Origin: Eledone cirrhosa | Taxonomy: Eukaryota | Direction: 5' to 3' | Length of the DNA stretch: 64,000 nt | Assembly (NCBI GenBank): GCA_964016885.1 | Contig: OZ024744.1 | Location: forward strand, 59,768,001 to 59,832,000 | Shown: piece after piece, positions 1 through 13,431 of the stretch | Layout of the letters: the number at the start of each line of letters is the position of its first letter | Numbering within the stretch: the first letter of the stretch is position 1 | Program-made: the position numbers and the translations under genes | The notes under the pieces: model-generated | Told to the model about the DNA's origin: nothing | What the model saw: only the letters and a program-made list of their open reading frames with translations | The model's database searches: none

Positions 1-525
1 GTGGTGGTGGTGATGTGATCGTAGCACTGTAGTGATGGTGTTGAAGTTGAGGCAACTTGACCAGAGTTTTTAGCGTGGTAGTGGTGGTGGTGTTGGTGGT
101 GAAATTATCTTCTCTGTCCACTTAGCTATTTAGCTATTTAGCTAACTATTTAGTCATTTTGCCATTTCCTCCTTTTCGCCTCTAACATTCCTGATCCAAA
201 ATTAAATATTAATATTGTTTATTAATATTGTCTAGTGATACCGCCACCTTCCCCTTTCGTAAGTTAACAGAAGGTAATGGGGGGAATAGCGGTGGTAGCA
301 ATGAAGGAGTGGTGGCGGCGGTGATGGGATAGTGGTAGCAATGATGGATGGGTTGGTGGCGGCGGTGACTGTATCGATGGCGTTGTCGTTACTGACTTTT
401 GTTGAATAGACTGTAGTTTGTTTGTTTGATCGGCGAATCTATGCGGTTAGTCGCGTATGTTTAATATATGTGTTGACATATTTTTCTTAATATTGGAATT
501 AAACCTTTTGTGAAAACTTGAGACA
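1..525 (-). mobile_element. Possible 5' end/ORF1 start of a Tx1-like LINE running off the window edge
   Basis: On the minus strand, (TTA)n is followed by a short A-rich leader, an ATG (MSTHILNIRD*) and Thr/Pro/Asn low-complexity sequence like the other Tx1 ORF1 N-termini here. No diagnostic motif. Confidence 0.3.
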
Positions 526-574
526 ATAATAATAATAATTATTATTATTATACTTGGATTGGTTATTATTATTA

Positions 575-1996
575 TTTGGGACGAGGTAACGAGCAGAGTA
601 GTCAGTCTCACCCAAAAATGGGCTGGGAGGAAGCTATCACTGAAAGGTCGCGCGGAGGTGGCGAATGCGTACATCGCGTCCGTCATCTACTACCGCCTAA
701 CCGTCGTGCCTTGCCCCCGTCCGCGCCTCGTCAAGTTGGAACGGCTCCTCTTCAAATTCTTGTGGAGGAGACAAGTTCCGTTGGTGAGGCGGTCCATCTG
801 CTGCCAGCACCCTCTACGCGGAGGGCTGGGCATGCCGTGGCTAATGATGCGCAGACATGCGTTGAGGCTGCGACATCTCCAGATATTCTGCCTCAACGGT
901 GAACAGGTGTGGTCGCCGTTTATCAGACGGGCCTTTCCGCAGCTCATTTCTTTGACTGAGCTGCAGTCCTGGGTCAAGAAGAGACCGAGACTGGGTGACT
1001 GGCACCTGGAATGTTGCCAGGCACTCACTGCCCTCTACCAAGCGGGCAATGCGATCAGTGGAACTTCCACTCTCGAGTTCTATGGAGGAATAGTGGTGGG
1101 CAAGTGCGATGACGCACTCGGAGAAGCTTTGGGCCTCGACGAAGTCGAACTGACCAGTCTGTACCGGAGGACTTTTGAGCCGGGGACGATGGACAATTTC
1201 CAGAAATTCCTCGCTTGGCAGTGTTACCGGGGGGGGGGGGGGGGGGGGGGCACTGCCGGTTCGGTATAAACTCTACAGGCACGGAAGTGCTGTCAGACGG
1301 ACCTGCCCAAGATGCGCACAGAACGACGAAACCGTTCTGCACGCACTTGTCCAATGTCCGTGCATTACTGACTTGTGGAGTTATGTCGAACAGCTACTGT
1401 CGCGTGTGGAACGAATCCGGCTATCGGCCGAGTCCATAGTGAAGATCGATCCACCACCTTCCTTAGGTCAGGAAGAGCAGGACATTTTCCTCTGTCTGGT
1501 GGCAGTTGCGAAAGAGATTATATGGTGGACCAGGTTGAAAGGACTAAAGACAGACACTTTTCTCTTCGGCCAATCCCTCATCAACTTCTCCAAATTTCAC
1601 CTGTAAAGGAGGGTGAGGGTGGAGAGAGAAGTGCTGCCCCCCAGTACATTTGCTAAAAGGTGGGTGAATGTGGCGAGAATGGCTCGTGTGAATGGGCCTA
1701 CTCTGACCATGCGCCTATAGGATGGCTAACTTGAGGAGAGGGGTGCTCTCCTGGGTGCCCTAGAAGCGCAGGGTGGTTCAGGATTGGTGGGGTACCCGAA
1801 TCACCCCAGGGTCGTCCACCCCCTATCGGGGAATTTATTTTGTTATATTTATGCATAGTTTATTTTATATTTTTATATTTTCATTGTTAAATTAGTCTTG
1901 CCATTGTGCACTTTTACTCGACCTTATTGTAAACCCCCACTGTCTCTGTCTTTGTATTGTCCCCTACATGTCGGCCCTTGTGGCTAATAAATGAAA

Positions 1997-1998
<2 letters not shown>
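575..1998 (+). mobile_element. Tx1/L1-clade LINE, 5'-truncated (ORF2 post-RT region, zinc finger, 3'UTR)
   Basis: ORFs 559-1269 and 1175-1606 contain W..RKLSLKGR, GGLGMP and CPRC...ETVLHALVQC. It is homologous to 20.7-21.8 kb, ends in AATAAATGAAATC and has (TTA)n on both sides. A G-run at ~1228-1250 shifts the frame. Confidence 0.9.
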
Positions 1999-2088
<90 letters not shown>

Positions 2089-2095
2089 GTTATTA
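1999..2095. repeat. (ATT)n microsatellite shared by the tail-to-tail Tx1 (+) and R4/Dong (-) 3' ends
   Basis: Direct reading. Confidence 0.95.
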
Positions 2096-5000
2096 CTCTT
2101 TGAGTCTCAGTCATTGATGTTAGTTAACTGGAAAGTTTGTTGAAATGAATATCAAGCCACTACCTGCAGCCTCAGATATTCAGGACGTATTGGAGGGTTC
2201 TTGCTGTTCCCAGCAAGCATGCCTTTTGAAGCGTTCCAAAAAGCGTGAAGGGGCCAATTTTCTTTAACCATCCCTGGAAACTTTTTGAGATAGTCCCTAA
2301 TGCGCCTATGACAATCGGGATCACTTTGACTTTATGGCAGTTCCAAATCCTTTTTACCTCCCAGTGTAAGTCCTGGTATCAGTTAATTGTCTCCCCCTCC
2401 TTCTCTTGCACTCTCGTGTCGAATGGGCAGGCCACATCCACAATCAGGCACGATTTTTTTTCTTTGTCCAAAACCACCAGGTCAGGTCTATTGTGTTCCA
2501 GTTTCTTGTCCGTCTGTATCCTAAAATCCCACAGCACCTTCACCTAATCGTTTTCTATCACCGCCTCTGGCTTATGCTCATACCACTTCTCAGAATGTGG
2601 TAAATTGTTTACTTTGCATAGGTGCCAGTGGATCACCCTGCCCATCACATCATGTCTCCAGCCTTTATAGTGAGTCTGGGCTAGGTGTTTACACTCGGAT
2701 ACAATGTGAGCCACAGTCTCCTCTCTCCACAGATCCTGCACAGTGGGCTAGCCGCCTCCTTGTAAATGTGGTATTTCAGCCACTTCGTTTTGAGGGCCTG
2801 CTCCTGCGCAGCCATTAACATTCCCTCTGTAGCCTTTTTAAGGTCTCCTCTTTTCAACCAGTTCCATGTCTGTGGATCTCTAAATTCAGTTTTCTCAAAG
2901 AAGGTACTATGAAGGGATTTTTACTGAAGGCTGCTCTATCTCCTTGATGTTATTTCCTCCTTGGACATCCCCTGGCCTATTGTCCCCTCCTTCAGTACAG
3001 TTCTGAGCATTGGCTCCTTACTATCAGTCACGTATTTGTGTAGGTTGTTCTTCTCCATCTGAACACAGTCCTCTATGCTGATAAGACCTCTTCCACCTTC
3101 AGATCTCCCTAAGTAGAGTCTATCGACATCACTCCTCTTGTGGAACATGTTGTAGATAGTCAATAGCTTCCTAGTCTTCCTATTCATTTCTTTTTGTTCA
3201 GCAACATTCCATCTCAGAATTCCCGCACTGTACCTAATAATAGACACAGCTCGGGAATTTACTGCAGTTATGTAATTCCTACTGTTCAGATGTGACTTTA
3301 ATACGCTCCTTACTCTCCGAAGGTATTCAGTTCTTATCAATTCCTTCATTTCTTTGTTCTTGATGTCATCAGCCTCCAGAACGCCCAAATACTTGTATCC
3401 TTCCTCAGAGTCAATTTCCTTTATCATCTCACCTGTTGGTATCTGGATTCCGTTGCTTCTGCTCAACCTACCCCTCCTCATCACAATGACTCCACACTTA
3501 CTAATACCAAATTGCATACATATATCATTGCTGAAAATACGGACAGTGTCAACAAGCACATCCAACTCCTTCTCACTCTTCCCGAAGAGCTTAAGATCGT
3601 CCATGAAGAGGAGGTGATTGATGGTAAACTCTCCCTTTCCCAACTTGTATCCTGCTCTCACTTTTCGCAGTATAATGGTCAGGGGGATCAGGGCAAGGAC
3701 AAACAGCAGAGGGGACAGTCTATCTCCCTGGAAGATACCTCTCTTGATCCTCCGCCTCCCAAAGATTCTCCACTCGATTATTAACTCTGTTTTCCAGTAC
3801 TTCATACTCTTGCTCAACAACTGTCTGATGTTATCTGCCACCTTGAAGATCTCCAGGCTTTTGGTTATCCAAGAATGAGGTTCCATGTCGAATGCCTTTT
3901 TGTCGTCTATCCATCCCATGGCAAGACCAGTGTGTCTCCTCCTGCAATTCTTCATTACCATCTTATCAATAAGTAACTGGTCCTTTGTACCACGGGACTT
4001 CTTTCGGCATCCTTTCTGTTCGTCCGGTAACAAGTTGTTTGTGTGGAGGTGATGGTAGATTTCCTCAGACACAATGCTTGTTAACAGTTTCCACATTACG
4101 GACAGACATGCGATAGGTCTATAGTTGGTAACATCATTACTCTTGCTTCGGTCTTTCATGACCAGAACTGTAGTACCTTTTGTCAACCACTCTGGTACCT
4201 CACTTGACATCAAGCAGTCATTGAACATGGTTGTCAGTTTCGGGTGGAGGGATGTTATATTTTTAATCAAATACCCTGCACACCATCTGGGCCTGGTGAT
4301 TCCCAGTTGGTTGTTTCCTCTCGATTTTATGCAAAGTAATTTCCTCACCGCATTTGCGTTTGCTTTGAGGATATTGTTGCACTGGTCAAGGTTCCTCGCC
4401 TCAAGGTATGGGATGACTTTGTTTACCTTAGCTGTTGTCTCTTTTAACTTTTTCCTGTCTACAAATCTTAGGTTCATAGGTTTCCCACTATCATTGTTCA
4501 TTTCATCTACCACTTAGTTTAGGATATCAACCAAATCTTGTCCTAGCCCGTCAGCATTCATCTCCTCAGTGGCCGTATCTTTGTTCCAGGTATTATTTAT
4601 TTCAGCATTCAGATCATTGTCTGCTTCGAATGCTTCCTCCGTTCTCTCAACCTCTTCACCTTCATCTCCCACTGGCTAGTTTGCCTGGCATACTCCACTC
4701 TCCATTTCCAATCTAATCTCTCTGCTGAGTTCCCCCAGTTCCAGCTCGCTTATCCACCCATTAGTTCTTATTACCCGAGCCTGCCCGGCCAATTTTTGTT
4801 CATCTAATTTAAATAGACCAATCTCGTTCCAGATGATATGCATCCGTTTCCTATAGCCTTTCTCCTTGGGGTTACTCTTCAGGTAACATTGCATAACAGT
4901 TCTATTCAATTCTTTCGTCTAGTTGGTTCTGGGCCCTTTCCTTCTTCTTCTTCCTCCGACACCAGCAGTATTTGGTTGACAGCCAGGTCCCTGCTGTTGA

Positions 5001-5357
5001 GCCAGGGAGCACCTGTTTGGTGAGAGTCTGTCACATGACATTCTTGTCCCCATTTCACCGTTATTCGAACTGTTTAGGTTCGACATTTAAACACTCTTAT
5101 CGAGGATTGGCGAATGTATGGTTACATAACCACCAGTGAATTACTTGTCTCCGGTGGTTTCGTCACTCCACGTGACTTTTGTGTGGCATTATCACGCTGT
5201 AGACGAACCCAAATAAACAAACAAACAAACAGGCAGAAAAAACCCCCAAAATGAATAAGCATAAATTTCATTGTAATGTAGTGTTTGAATGTCTGACTTA
5301 GTTTTCCCTTCCCTTCTCTGTCCGTCCGTTTGTTTTTCTCTTCATTTTTTAATTTTT
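2096..5357 (-). mobile_element. R4/Dong-type RLE non-LTR retrotransposon (TAA family), near full-length, internally deleted and degenerate
   Basis: N-terminal CY..SNP...GYRKRM..IW, RT (RGIFQGD, LLFMDD), CCHC (ETVAHIVSEC) and RLE (RPDLVV...DVACP, IPIVIGALG). (AAT)n follows the 3' end and (TTA)n lies at ~5358-5378. The 5' boundary is approximate. Confidence 0.88.
2936..4513 (-). pseudogene. Reverse transcriptase part of the R4/Dong ORF (disrupted)
   Basis: The 525-aa frame has NYRPIACL, EQKGC, KAFD, IFQGD and FMDD. There is a deletion/frameshift near 4290 and a premature stop at 2936. Confidence 0.88.
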
Positions 5358-5378
5358 TATTATTATTATTATTATTAT

Positions 5379-6596
5379 TGAATGCTATAGTTGACGGAGG
5401 CTCGGCTCTGTAAGGTATTGTAAATTTTGAACGCTATAACAATTGTAAATTGTTTAAAACTTTAACCAACTAGTAGACAAAAACACCCTCCTCCTCGTGA
5501 GAGGGGTCTTTCTGCCCGTTATTTGGCCCTTCGGGGTTAAATAACTGCTTATTGGGCTTTTGTGCTCAATATTTATTTTAAACAAAAAAAACAACATGGC
5601 TACGAAAAAGAATTTTCATAGGTCACTCCCACTCATTCCGTCTTCTTCTTCCTCAATCGTCACTACAGCAGAGAGAGGATTGTCTCTCTCCATCCCTTCT
5701 TTAAATGTGTCTCTCTCCCTCCCTTCTCTTTCGCAAGCGACGACAGAAAAGAAAAGTCTCGTGCAAAGCGTGCAAGATTTCTCCACGACGACAACGACGA
5801 AACAGGTGTGCGGGAAATACGAAAACCCATTTCATTCGTCTGACCTCAGGAATAATAGCAGTAGCAGCCGTAATAACAACAGCAACAGTGACAATGAAAA
5901 CAACAGTAGCAGCCGCAACAGCATCAGCAGCAGCATAAACAACAACAGCATTAGCAGCAGCAGCAACAACAACAACAACCACAGCAACAGCGGCAGTAGT
6001 CGTAGTACTTGCAGCAACAACAAAAGTAACAGCAGCTCTGACGACAACAACAACAACAACACCAGCAAAGAAGAACCCATCTCGTTTGCAGATATCGCGA
6101 AGAACCTGGAAACAATCCTCATAACAAATGAGGAATTAGAGGAAGCGAAGAAGATGGTGACAAAAACCGGACACCGAGCAATCTGCAAGGCAGCGGAAAA
6201 ATTTTTCGAAACCCAACAGCACTGTACGGTCACGTACCGTACAGTAAGTACAAAATCCCGTAGGGTTGAAAGAACCACAGAGGCTCAAATACAAAAAGCC
6301 TTGGGGTCTGTGTGGCAGCGGAAAACGCACATCACCCGAGGCAAGAAATATGCCACCGTAGACGTACTTTTTGCTACACCCCAGGAGGCGAAGGCTCAAT
6401 CCGTAGTGACCCTAAGGAGCGAGGAAATGGTGTTGGTGCCCTCCTACTGCGGGCAAAAAATTGTGAGGGTCAAACTGACCCACGTCTCCCCCGGGATGGC
6501 CCCTTCTTGGCTGACCGCGTCTGTCCTCGTCGGAATCAAGGACAAAACAACTGTACTGCAAGTACAGAAAAAAGTAAGAGAAGATTGGGTCGCCAC
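5379..6596 (+). mobile_element. Tx1-like LINE 5' portion (5'UTR plus ORF1 N-terminal half, ATG ~5596), 3' part lost
   Basis: Near-identical to the 5' end of the 20431-26533 copy (MATKKNFHRSLP...). It begins immediately after (TTA)n and breaks after EDWV into a Dong fragment. Confidence 0.88.
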
Positions 6597-7281
6597 CTCC
6601 AAAAAGCGTGAAGGGGCCAATTTTCTTTAACCATCCCTGGAAACTCTTTGAGATAGTCCCTAGTGCGCCTATGACAATCGGGATCACTTTGACTTCATGG
6701 CAGTTCCAAATCCTTTTTACCTCCCACTTTAAGTCCTGGTATCGGTTAATTTTCTCCCCTCCTTCTCTTGCACTCTCGTGTCGAATGGGCAGGCCACATC
6801 CACAATCAGACACGATCTTTTTTCTTTGTCCAAAACCACCAGGTCAGGTCTATTGTGTTCCAGTTTCTTGTCCGTCTGTATCCTAAAATCCCACAGCACA
6901 TTCACCTGATCGTTTTCTATCACCGCCTCTGGCTTATGCTCACACTACTTCTCAGAATGTGGTAAATTGTTTACTTTGCATAGGTGCCAGTGGATCACCC
7001 TGCCCATCACATCATGTCTCCAGCCCTTATAGTGAGTCTGGGCTAGGTGTTTACACTCGGATATAATGTGAGCCACAGTCTCCTCTCTCTCTCTCCACAG
7101 ATCCTGCACAGTGGGCTAGCCGCCTCCTTGTAAATGTTGTGTTTCAACCACTTCGTTTTGAGGGCCTGCTCCTGCGCAGCCATTAACATTCCTTCTGTAC
7201 CCTTTTTTAAGGTCTCCTCTTTTCAACCAGTTCCATGTCTGTGGATCTCTAAATTCAGTTTTCTCAAAGAAGGTACTATGG
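6597..7281 (-). mobile_element. R4/Dong (TAA family) CCHC-RLE fragment
   Basis: Near-identical to 2236-2910 (RPDLVVLD, DVACPFD). (TAA)n lies at its 5' junction. Confidence 0.88.
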
Positions 7282-7303
7282 TATTATTATTATTATTGTT
7301 ATT

Positions 7304-7620
<317 letters not shown>

Positions 7621-8835
7621 CGCGACCTACGTAGAAAATCGTATCATTGTGAGCTCCGCAAAGGTTTGTTGTTTTTTTTTTTGTTTAAAATTGCCATTTA
7701 TGGAAAATTTTTGTTGTTAACTGTTTATAAAGTCACAAAATTTGCTTTCGGAAAAGGACACTCAAAAAGATTGGGGCCTTGAGCCCAAAATTTAAACTTT
7801 TATAATTATCAAACAAAAAATTTCTTTGAAAATTCATGGACGACTCACAGCTACACGAAGCAGCTGAGAGCCTTCCTCACAAACTAACACCTCATACCAA
7901 CACCACCATTGTAAATATTACTACGTTTGCCAACACTAAAAATATAAGCAGTAGCAATAATTTAAATTTGTCTCATGCAGACATTCATTTCCCGCCATTA
8001 CCAATGACTGCAGGTGTTGAAGCCGCCACCCCCACCACCACAGCGACAACAGAAACAAAAGAAAAAATAAATTATCTCGTTACATCGAAATGGACTGACG
8101 CAGAATGGACTCTTCCACACCAAACAACACTGACGCCACCATGACCACAACTGAAACTAAAAATAACAATAACAAAAATAACAATAACAACAACAGCAAC
8201 AACAACAATGAGAATAAAACCGTGTCGTTTGCCAAAGCAGCCAAAAAATGCGAAACAATCCAGGTAACTCAGGAGGAATTAGATGAAGCCAAGAGAATGG
8301 TAAAGAAAGATGGGTACAGGGTCAGCCCCCTCACCACCACCAAATAAAATGGAACATCGGCTCCTATGCACCGTGTCTTATCGGACGATTAACATAAAAT
8401 CGCGCCGAGTGGAACGGGCATCCTAGTCCCAAATCCAAAAATCTTTGGGACATGTGTGGGCAAAAAAATCCCACATCAGACGTGGACAGAAATATGGAAC
8501 TGTGGACGTGCTCTTTGGAACACCACAGGAGACCACAGAGCACCCCATGGCCCCATTAAGAAGCGACGACTTCACACTCGTCCCAAGCTATTGTCGCCAG
8601 AGACTCGTAAAGATCAGGGTGACCCACGTTCCACCGGCCATCGAAATTCACTGGTTAATGGCTGCCGTCCTCGCCGGCATCGAGGCCAACACCAAAATAA
8701 TCGAAATAGCAAAAGAAAAGCAGGAGAACTGGTCCGAACTGCTCCTGATCCAAGGGAACCAAAAAAACATTGAGGAGATCCCAGAGGTAATAGACCTGAC
8801 TGACAGTAGCCACCTCACCGTAATTGTCGAGGGTA
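7621..8835 (+). mobile_element. Second Tx1-like subfamily, 5'UTR plus degenerate ORF1
   Basis: Starts right after (ATT)n. The peptides SFAKAAK..ETIQVT.EEL.EAK, RGQKYGTVDVLF and LVPSYC are homologous to ORF1 at 5596 and 26319. Contains stops and frameshifts. Confidence 0.8.
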
Positions 8836-10207
8836 GCATATTTAACATCAGCGCTTTGCTGCAAAAACAAAAGTATTTACATTAATCATAAGAGACCTCT
8901 TGTATGCAGATGATTGCGATCTTGTAGCGCACACAGAGAGTGATATGCAGCACATTTTGAATGCATTTTCTGATGCTTGAACTGCCCTAGGATTGACTGT
9001 GAGTCTCAAGAAAACCGTTGTCATGTACCAACCTGCTCCTGGTAGACAGTACAGTGAACCAAATATCTATGTGTATCGTAAACGACTTGGAGTGTTTGAT
9101 CAGTTTGTCTACCTGGGAAGCACTGTCAATCGATACAGCAACCTTGATAATGAAATCCCACTTAGGATTAGGAAAGCAAGTGATGCTTTCGGAAAGCTAG
9201 AAAGGCGACTCTGGGGTCGGCGAGAGATATGCAAGAAGACAAAGGTAAAGGTGTACAAGGCATGTGTGCTCTCTTCTCTTCTTTATGCCTGCGAGACCTG
9301 GGTCACATATCGACACCACCTTAAGCAATTGGAGCGTTTCCATCAGATGTGTCTCAGACGGATCCATGGCGTTCACTGGAGGGATCACATCTCTGTGTGA
9401 CAGTATAGAAGCTCTTGTATTTAAGCAACGACTCCGTTGGAGTGGTCACTTTGCCAGGATGAAGGATTCTAGAACAAAACAACTCTTTTATGGAGAGTTA
9501 GTTAAAGGAAAATGACAGCCACATAAACCAAAAAAAAGGTATAAGGATTCCCTGAAAACATCTTTGAAAGACGCTAAGATCTCTGCTGATACATGGGAAA
9601 ATGTTGCTGCTGATCGAAATAAATGGAGAAAGACTGTATATGATGGGAAAGTTGCCTTTGAGGCATCTCGAATCACTTACGAGAAAGTAAAGCGGGATGT
9701 GAGGAAGGGCATTGCCAGACGGCGAAGGTCCTCCTATGGCGCTGACATGCAGCGTCTGTGCGAGACTCTGCCTAAGCAAAGCTGGACTCGAAAGTCATCT
9801 TCGCAGTCATAAAGTAAGACCAGTGGTTGACTACCAGGCTGCTATTGGAGATGCTACTCATCATGCTTGTCAAACATGTGGTAGAGAATGTAAATCAGCA
9901 GGAGGGCTCAAGCGACATGCAAAAGTACACGAACTCCAACCACAGCCGGCTATTCCCAGTGAATGTTTTGGTTGCCGACTCTGTGCAAAACATTTTAGAT
10001 CATTGGTCAGCCACATTCGATAGCAGCGCTGTTAATTGCTATCGTGTGTGTGTGTGTAGATATGTTTATGTGTGCGTGCGTGTCTGTATATATATATATG
10101 TTTATTATTATTGTTGTTGTTGTTGTCGTTATTATTATTGTTGTTATTATGGGGTTTTTTTCTCGTGCAAAGGTCATACTCGATAACGAGGGGGCAGCCA
10201 TCATCAT
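8832..10207 (+). mobile_element. RTE-clade LINE, 5'-truncated, with three C-terminal C2H2 fingers
   Basis: Motifs LYADDC, FVYLGS, LLYACETW, RLRWSGH, LFYGEL, then CSVC..ESHLRSH, CQTC..KRHAKVH and CRLC..SHIR. The 3' end ...GCAGCCATCATC is followed by (GTAT)n. Confidence 0.88.
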
Positions 10208-10262
10208 GTATGTATGTATGTATGTATGTATGTATGTATGTATGTATGTATGTATGTATGTA

Positions 10263-11654
10263 TGTTCTTCTGGTTTTATAATTTCACAAAGTTTTACCAA
10301 TAGAGAGAGAGTCGGTTCCTAATATAGACACAAGACTCTCTCATTGGAATTTACACATCAACTAGGTAGATATGTATGTATGCATGCATGTGTAGATATG
10401 GATGTTATTGTATGTGTGGATGTGTATATTTTGAGTTGTATGTGTGCATGTGTATATGCAGTTATTAGATGAAACATTTTTGGAATGTTTGACATATTTT
10501 TACTGTTCCATTAATGGATTGTACTTGTAGTTTTCTAACTAGTTGTGTTCTTTCTGTTCCTGTGAAGCCTAGCTTCTCAAGATTTGTATTGAGGCAGTTA
10601 CTAACATACCTCAGTGCCCATTTTTTCATCCATGGATTCACTGCGATACTGCTGAGCGACATCCCTGGGTGTGAGTTTTTGATTATCACACAGGGAATAT
10701 CTCTCAAGGAGTTCCTTCCCAACTTTCATGATCTTATCTGTTTCATGCAGATAGACTTACTCGAGAAGCGGGCTCCTACGCTTCGAGGTTCGTAGATGTT
10801 GTCGGAGAGATATGATGCGACATTCAAATGTTGTCTGGACTGATGTTAGGCCTCTGCCTCCCTGCTTACGTTTCAAGTAAAGGAGGTCTATGTCACTGTT
10901 GATGTGGAAGTTTCCGGTGTTGTTCAGTATTTTTCGAGTTCCAACATCAACTGCTCGGATTTCGTCTATCATCCAATTGAGTATTCCAAACGTTGGTGTT
11001 AGGACAGGCACAGCAAACACATTGTGAGCCACTGTTTTGTTTTGCGCAGAGAGTTCCGATGACCAGATCTTTCTTAATCGGGTGTAGTATTCCCTGGTTA
11101 CGCGTTCTTTATTACAGATACCATTATAGGATATGTTCTCATCTATCCCCAGGTATCTGTAGCAGTCCTCATCAGATATCGGTGAAACAGTTAGGCCATT
11201 GATGACAATGTTGCTAGATTGGGTTGTTGTTTTTCCCCGCTTTACAGTCATGTATGAGCATTTATCTTGGCCAAACTCCATTCCTATATCCTTTGAGAAC
11301 GTTGTAACGTTGTAAGATTTTTCTTCATCCCATCCATGTTCTTGGCATAGAGTTTCAGATCGTCCATAAAGAAGTTATGGGTTAGGTTCGTATTTCTGTC
11401 CTCCTGTGAGCCAATGATGTACCCCTCACATTTTTTGAGCAGAAAGGACAAGGGTTTAATGACAAGATGAATAATATCACAGAGAGACTGTTCCCCTTTA
11501 TTAGTGAAAATAGAGTCCCCCCTCTCTGTCTTTAACCTTAGGATAGTAGCCCAAGAAGAAGACAGCTTCTCTATGGCTCTGACAATAATGTCTGGGACTT
11601 TAGCAAGTTGGAGGGCCTCTATCATCCAAGAGTGGGGAACAGAATCGAAAGCTT
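10263..11654 (-). mobile_element. R4/Dong-type TACA family B, 5'-truncated with internal deletions
   Basis: AFDSVPHSW, FFMDDLKLY and GGRGL motifs. Homologous to 60158-62385 and flanked by (TACA)n on both sides in sense orientation. Confidence 0.88.
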
Positions 11655-11749
11655 GTATGTATGTATGTATGTATGTATGTATGTATGTATGTATGTATGT
11701 ATGTATGTATGTATGTATGTATGTATGTATGTATGTTTTACACATTCTA

Positions 11750-11990
11750 TTGTTAATCATGCGATTCCGGGTTCCATATTACTACCTGGTACCTCGGGTC
11801 GAGTCAAGGCTTGTGAATAAAATTTGTTAGACAGAAACTGTTTGGAGGCCCGTCGGATGGACTGTTCCTGTAATTGAAAGGGTCGGCCTTGTCAAATAGT
11901 ATCAAGCTGAATCTCTTTCAGAATTAAACGTATCTGTGGAATACTCAGACACTTGAACGTTAATCTAATGAGGAGACCGCTTCAGTAATC
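11750..11990 (+). mobile_element. Degenerate CORE-type SINE
   Basis: B-box-like GGGTTC followed by a CAAGGCTTGTGAATAAAATTTG segment similar to the reverse complement of 41480-41520. Confidence 0.45.
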
Positions 11991-12087
11991 GAGCAACTCA
12001 TCACCGAAATCAACAGATCCATTTTTACATGTATGCATACATGTATGCATTTATATAACCATGTATATATATATATATATATATATA

Positions 12088-12444
12088 CAATGTACCCCCG
12101 GCATTCGCGATCCGGTTATTCGCAGGGTTTCCTTAGAACCTAACTAATAATTGATCGCGGAAACCACCACATATTCGCGGAATCGGAAATATCTTCCGCG
12201 ATTTTTTATAGCTTTTTACGTGGCAACATATATTTTTTTAACGCTAAATTATTAATAACAATATACCGTATTAGCCGGTCTATTGGACGCTCCTTCATAT
12301 AAGACGCTCCTTCTTTTTTTATTATATTTTACGTTATATTTTGACATTTATAAGCATTTTATGGACCACGTCCAATATTCGCAGTTTTTCACTTTTCGCG
12401 GGTGCTCTGGGAACGTAAATCCTGCGAATACCGAGGGACAACTG
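12088..12444. mobile_element. Non-autonomous Tc1/mariner (pogo/Tigger-like) MITE
   Basis: Imperfect TIRs CAATGTACCCCCGGCATTCGCG and TGCGAATACCGAGGGACAACTG, with TA on both sides. Confidence 0.7.
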
Positions 12445-12895
12445 TACATGTAAAAATAAAAATTGAAGTAAAAATATTAAATACTACTATACCGTTTTCT
12501 CCTTCAGAATAAGTGTGCGACGTATACGCCGGAGTCTCTTATAACCGAAAATACAGTAGTTATTTTATTACATTTTTAGTCAATAACTATAATAATCTCG
12601 TGTGTAAATGTTGGACTTCCGTCTGTTCCGACGTTCAGTTGTTTGATCAATGAAACAGCCAGCTCATGAAATGAACGTGCAAATTGCTGAGCAGTCTACT
12701 CTCGCGTGTACCATTAACATAATTATCAGGGAGATTCAGCATGACACGGTGTATGATAAAGTTACGGGTATTACAATGTAAGTGACTGAACACTCCACAG
12801 TTATGTTTAACTTTGACGTTGTTCTCAGGAAGATTCAGCTTCACAAAGTGTGTTACAAGGCTAATCCCAGAAGTAATTAATGGACTAGAATAATA

Positions 12896-13110
12896 ATTTC
12901 TAGTATAGGCACAAGGCCAGTAATTTGGGGGGAGGGGAAAGTCGATTAAATTGACTCCAGTACGTTACTGGTACTTTATTTTATCGACTCTGTAAGGATG
13001 AAAGGCAAAGTTAACTTCTGCGGGATTTGAACTCAGACCGTAAAGGGCCGTAGCTTTATGCTGCAAAGCATGGTGTTCGACTCCCTACCGATACTGCCAA
13101 TCCACCACCC
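12896..13110 (-). mobile_element. tRNA-derived SINE
   Basis: A-box TGGCAGTATCGG, B-box GAGTTCAAATCC, core CTTTGCCTTTCATCC..GTCGATAAAATAAAGTACCAG. Seven copies occur in the window. Confidence 0.85.
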
Positions 13111-13387
13111 TCAGTGGAATAGAATAACGCGAAATAAAAAAATTTTGCTTAAGGACACAACGCACCTCCGGTAATCGAACTCACGAACGTAAGCGGAAAA
13201 CCCTAACCACTAAGACACGCACCTTCCTTATAATTTAACGTAGTAATTAAATCTGAGTTAATTAACATTCTTCTATATAATTAGTATTCTAAGAATGGAT
13301 TTCTATTGGTGGCCGAAAGAAAAAAAACCCTATTATAAAAATAAAAATATATTAATGTTTATCTCCCACCCACTCTCTCTCTCTCTT

Positions 13388-13431
<44 letters not shown>

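Noticed and set aside
1228-1250. Long G-run (also 25347-25381) as a programmed frameshift or G-quadruplex signal
   Set aside because: Sibling copies lack the long runs at the same positions, so they are copy-specific expansions or sequencing artefacts.
5130-5180. GUCAC-loop-GUGAC-GAAAC in the Dong 5'UTR resembling a hammerhead or twister
   Set aside because: There is no CUGANGA before the stem and no room for twister P4. It is kept only as a conserved-motif finding.
5560-6630. 356-aa chimeric ORF as a novel gene
   Set aside because: It is a truncated Tx1 ORF1 reading a few codons into an antisense Dong fragment.
12590-12870. Possible mariner transposase relic
   Set aside because: Only a faint FTKCVTRLIP resemblance to the WVP motif region, with no TIRs or catalytic residues.
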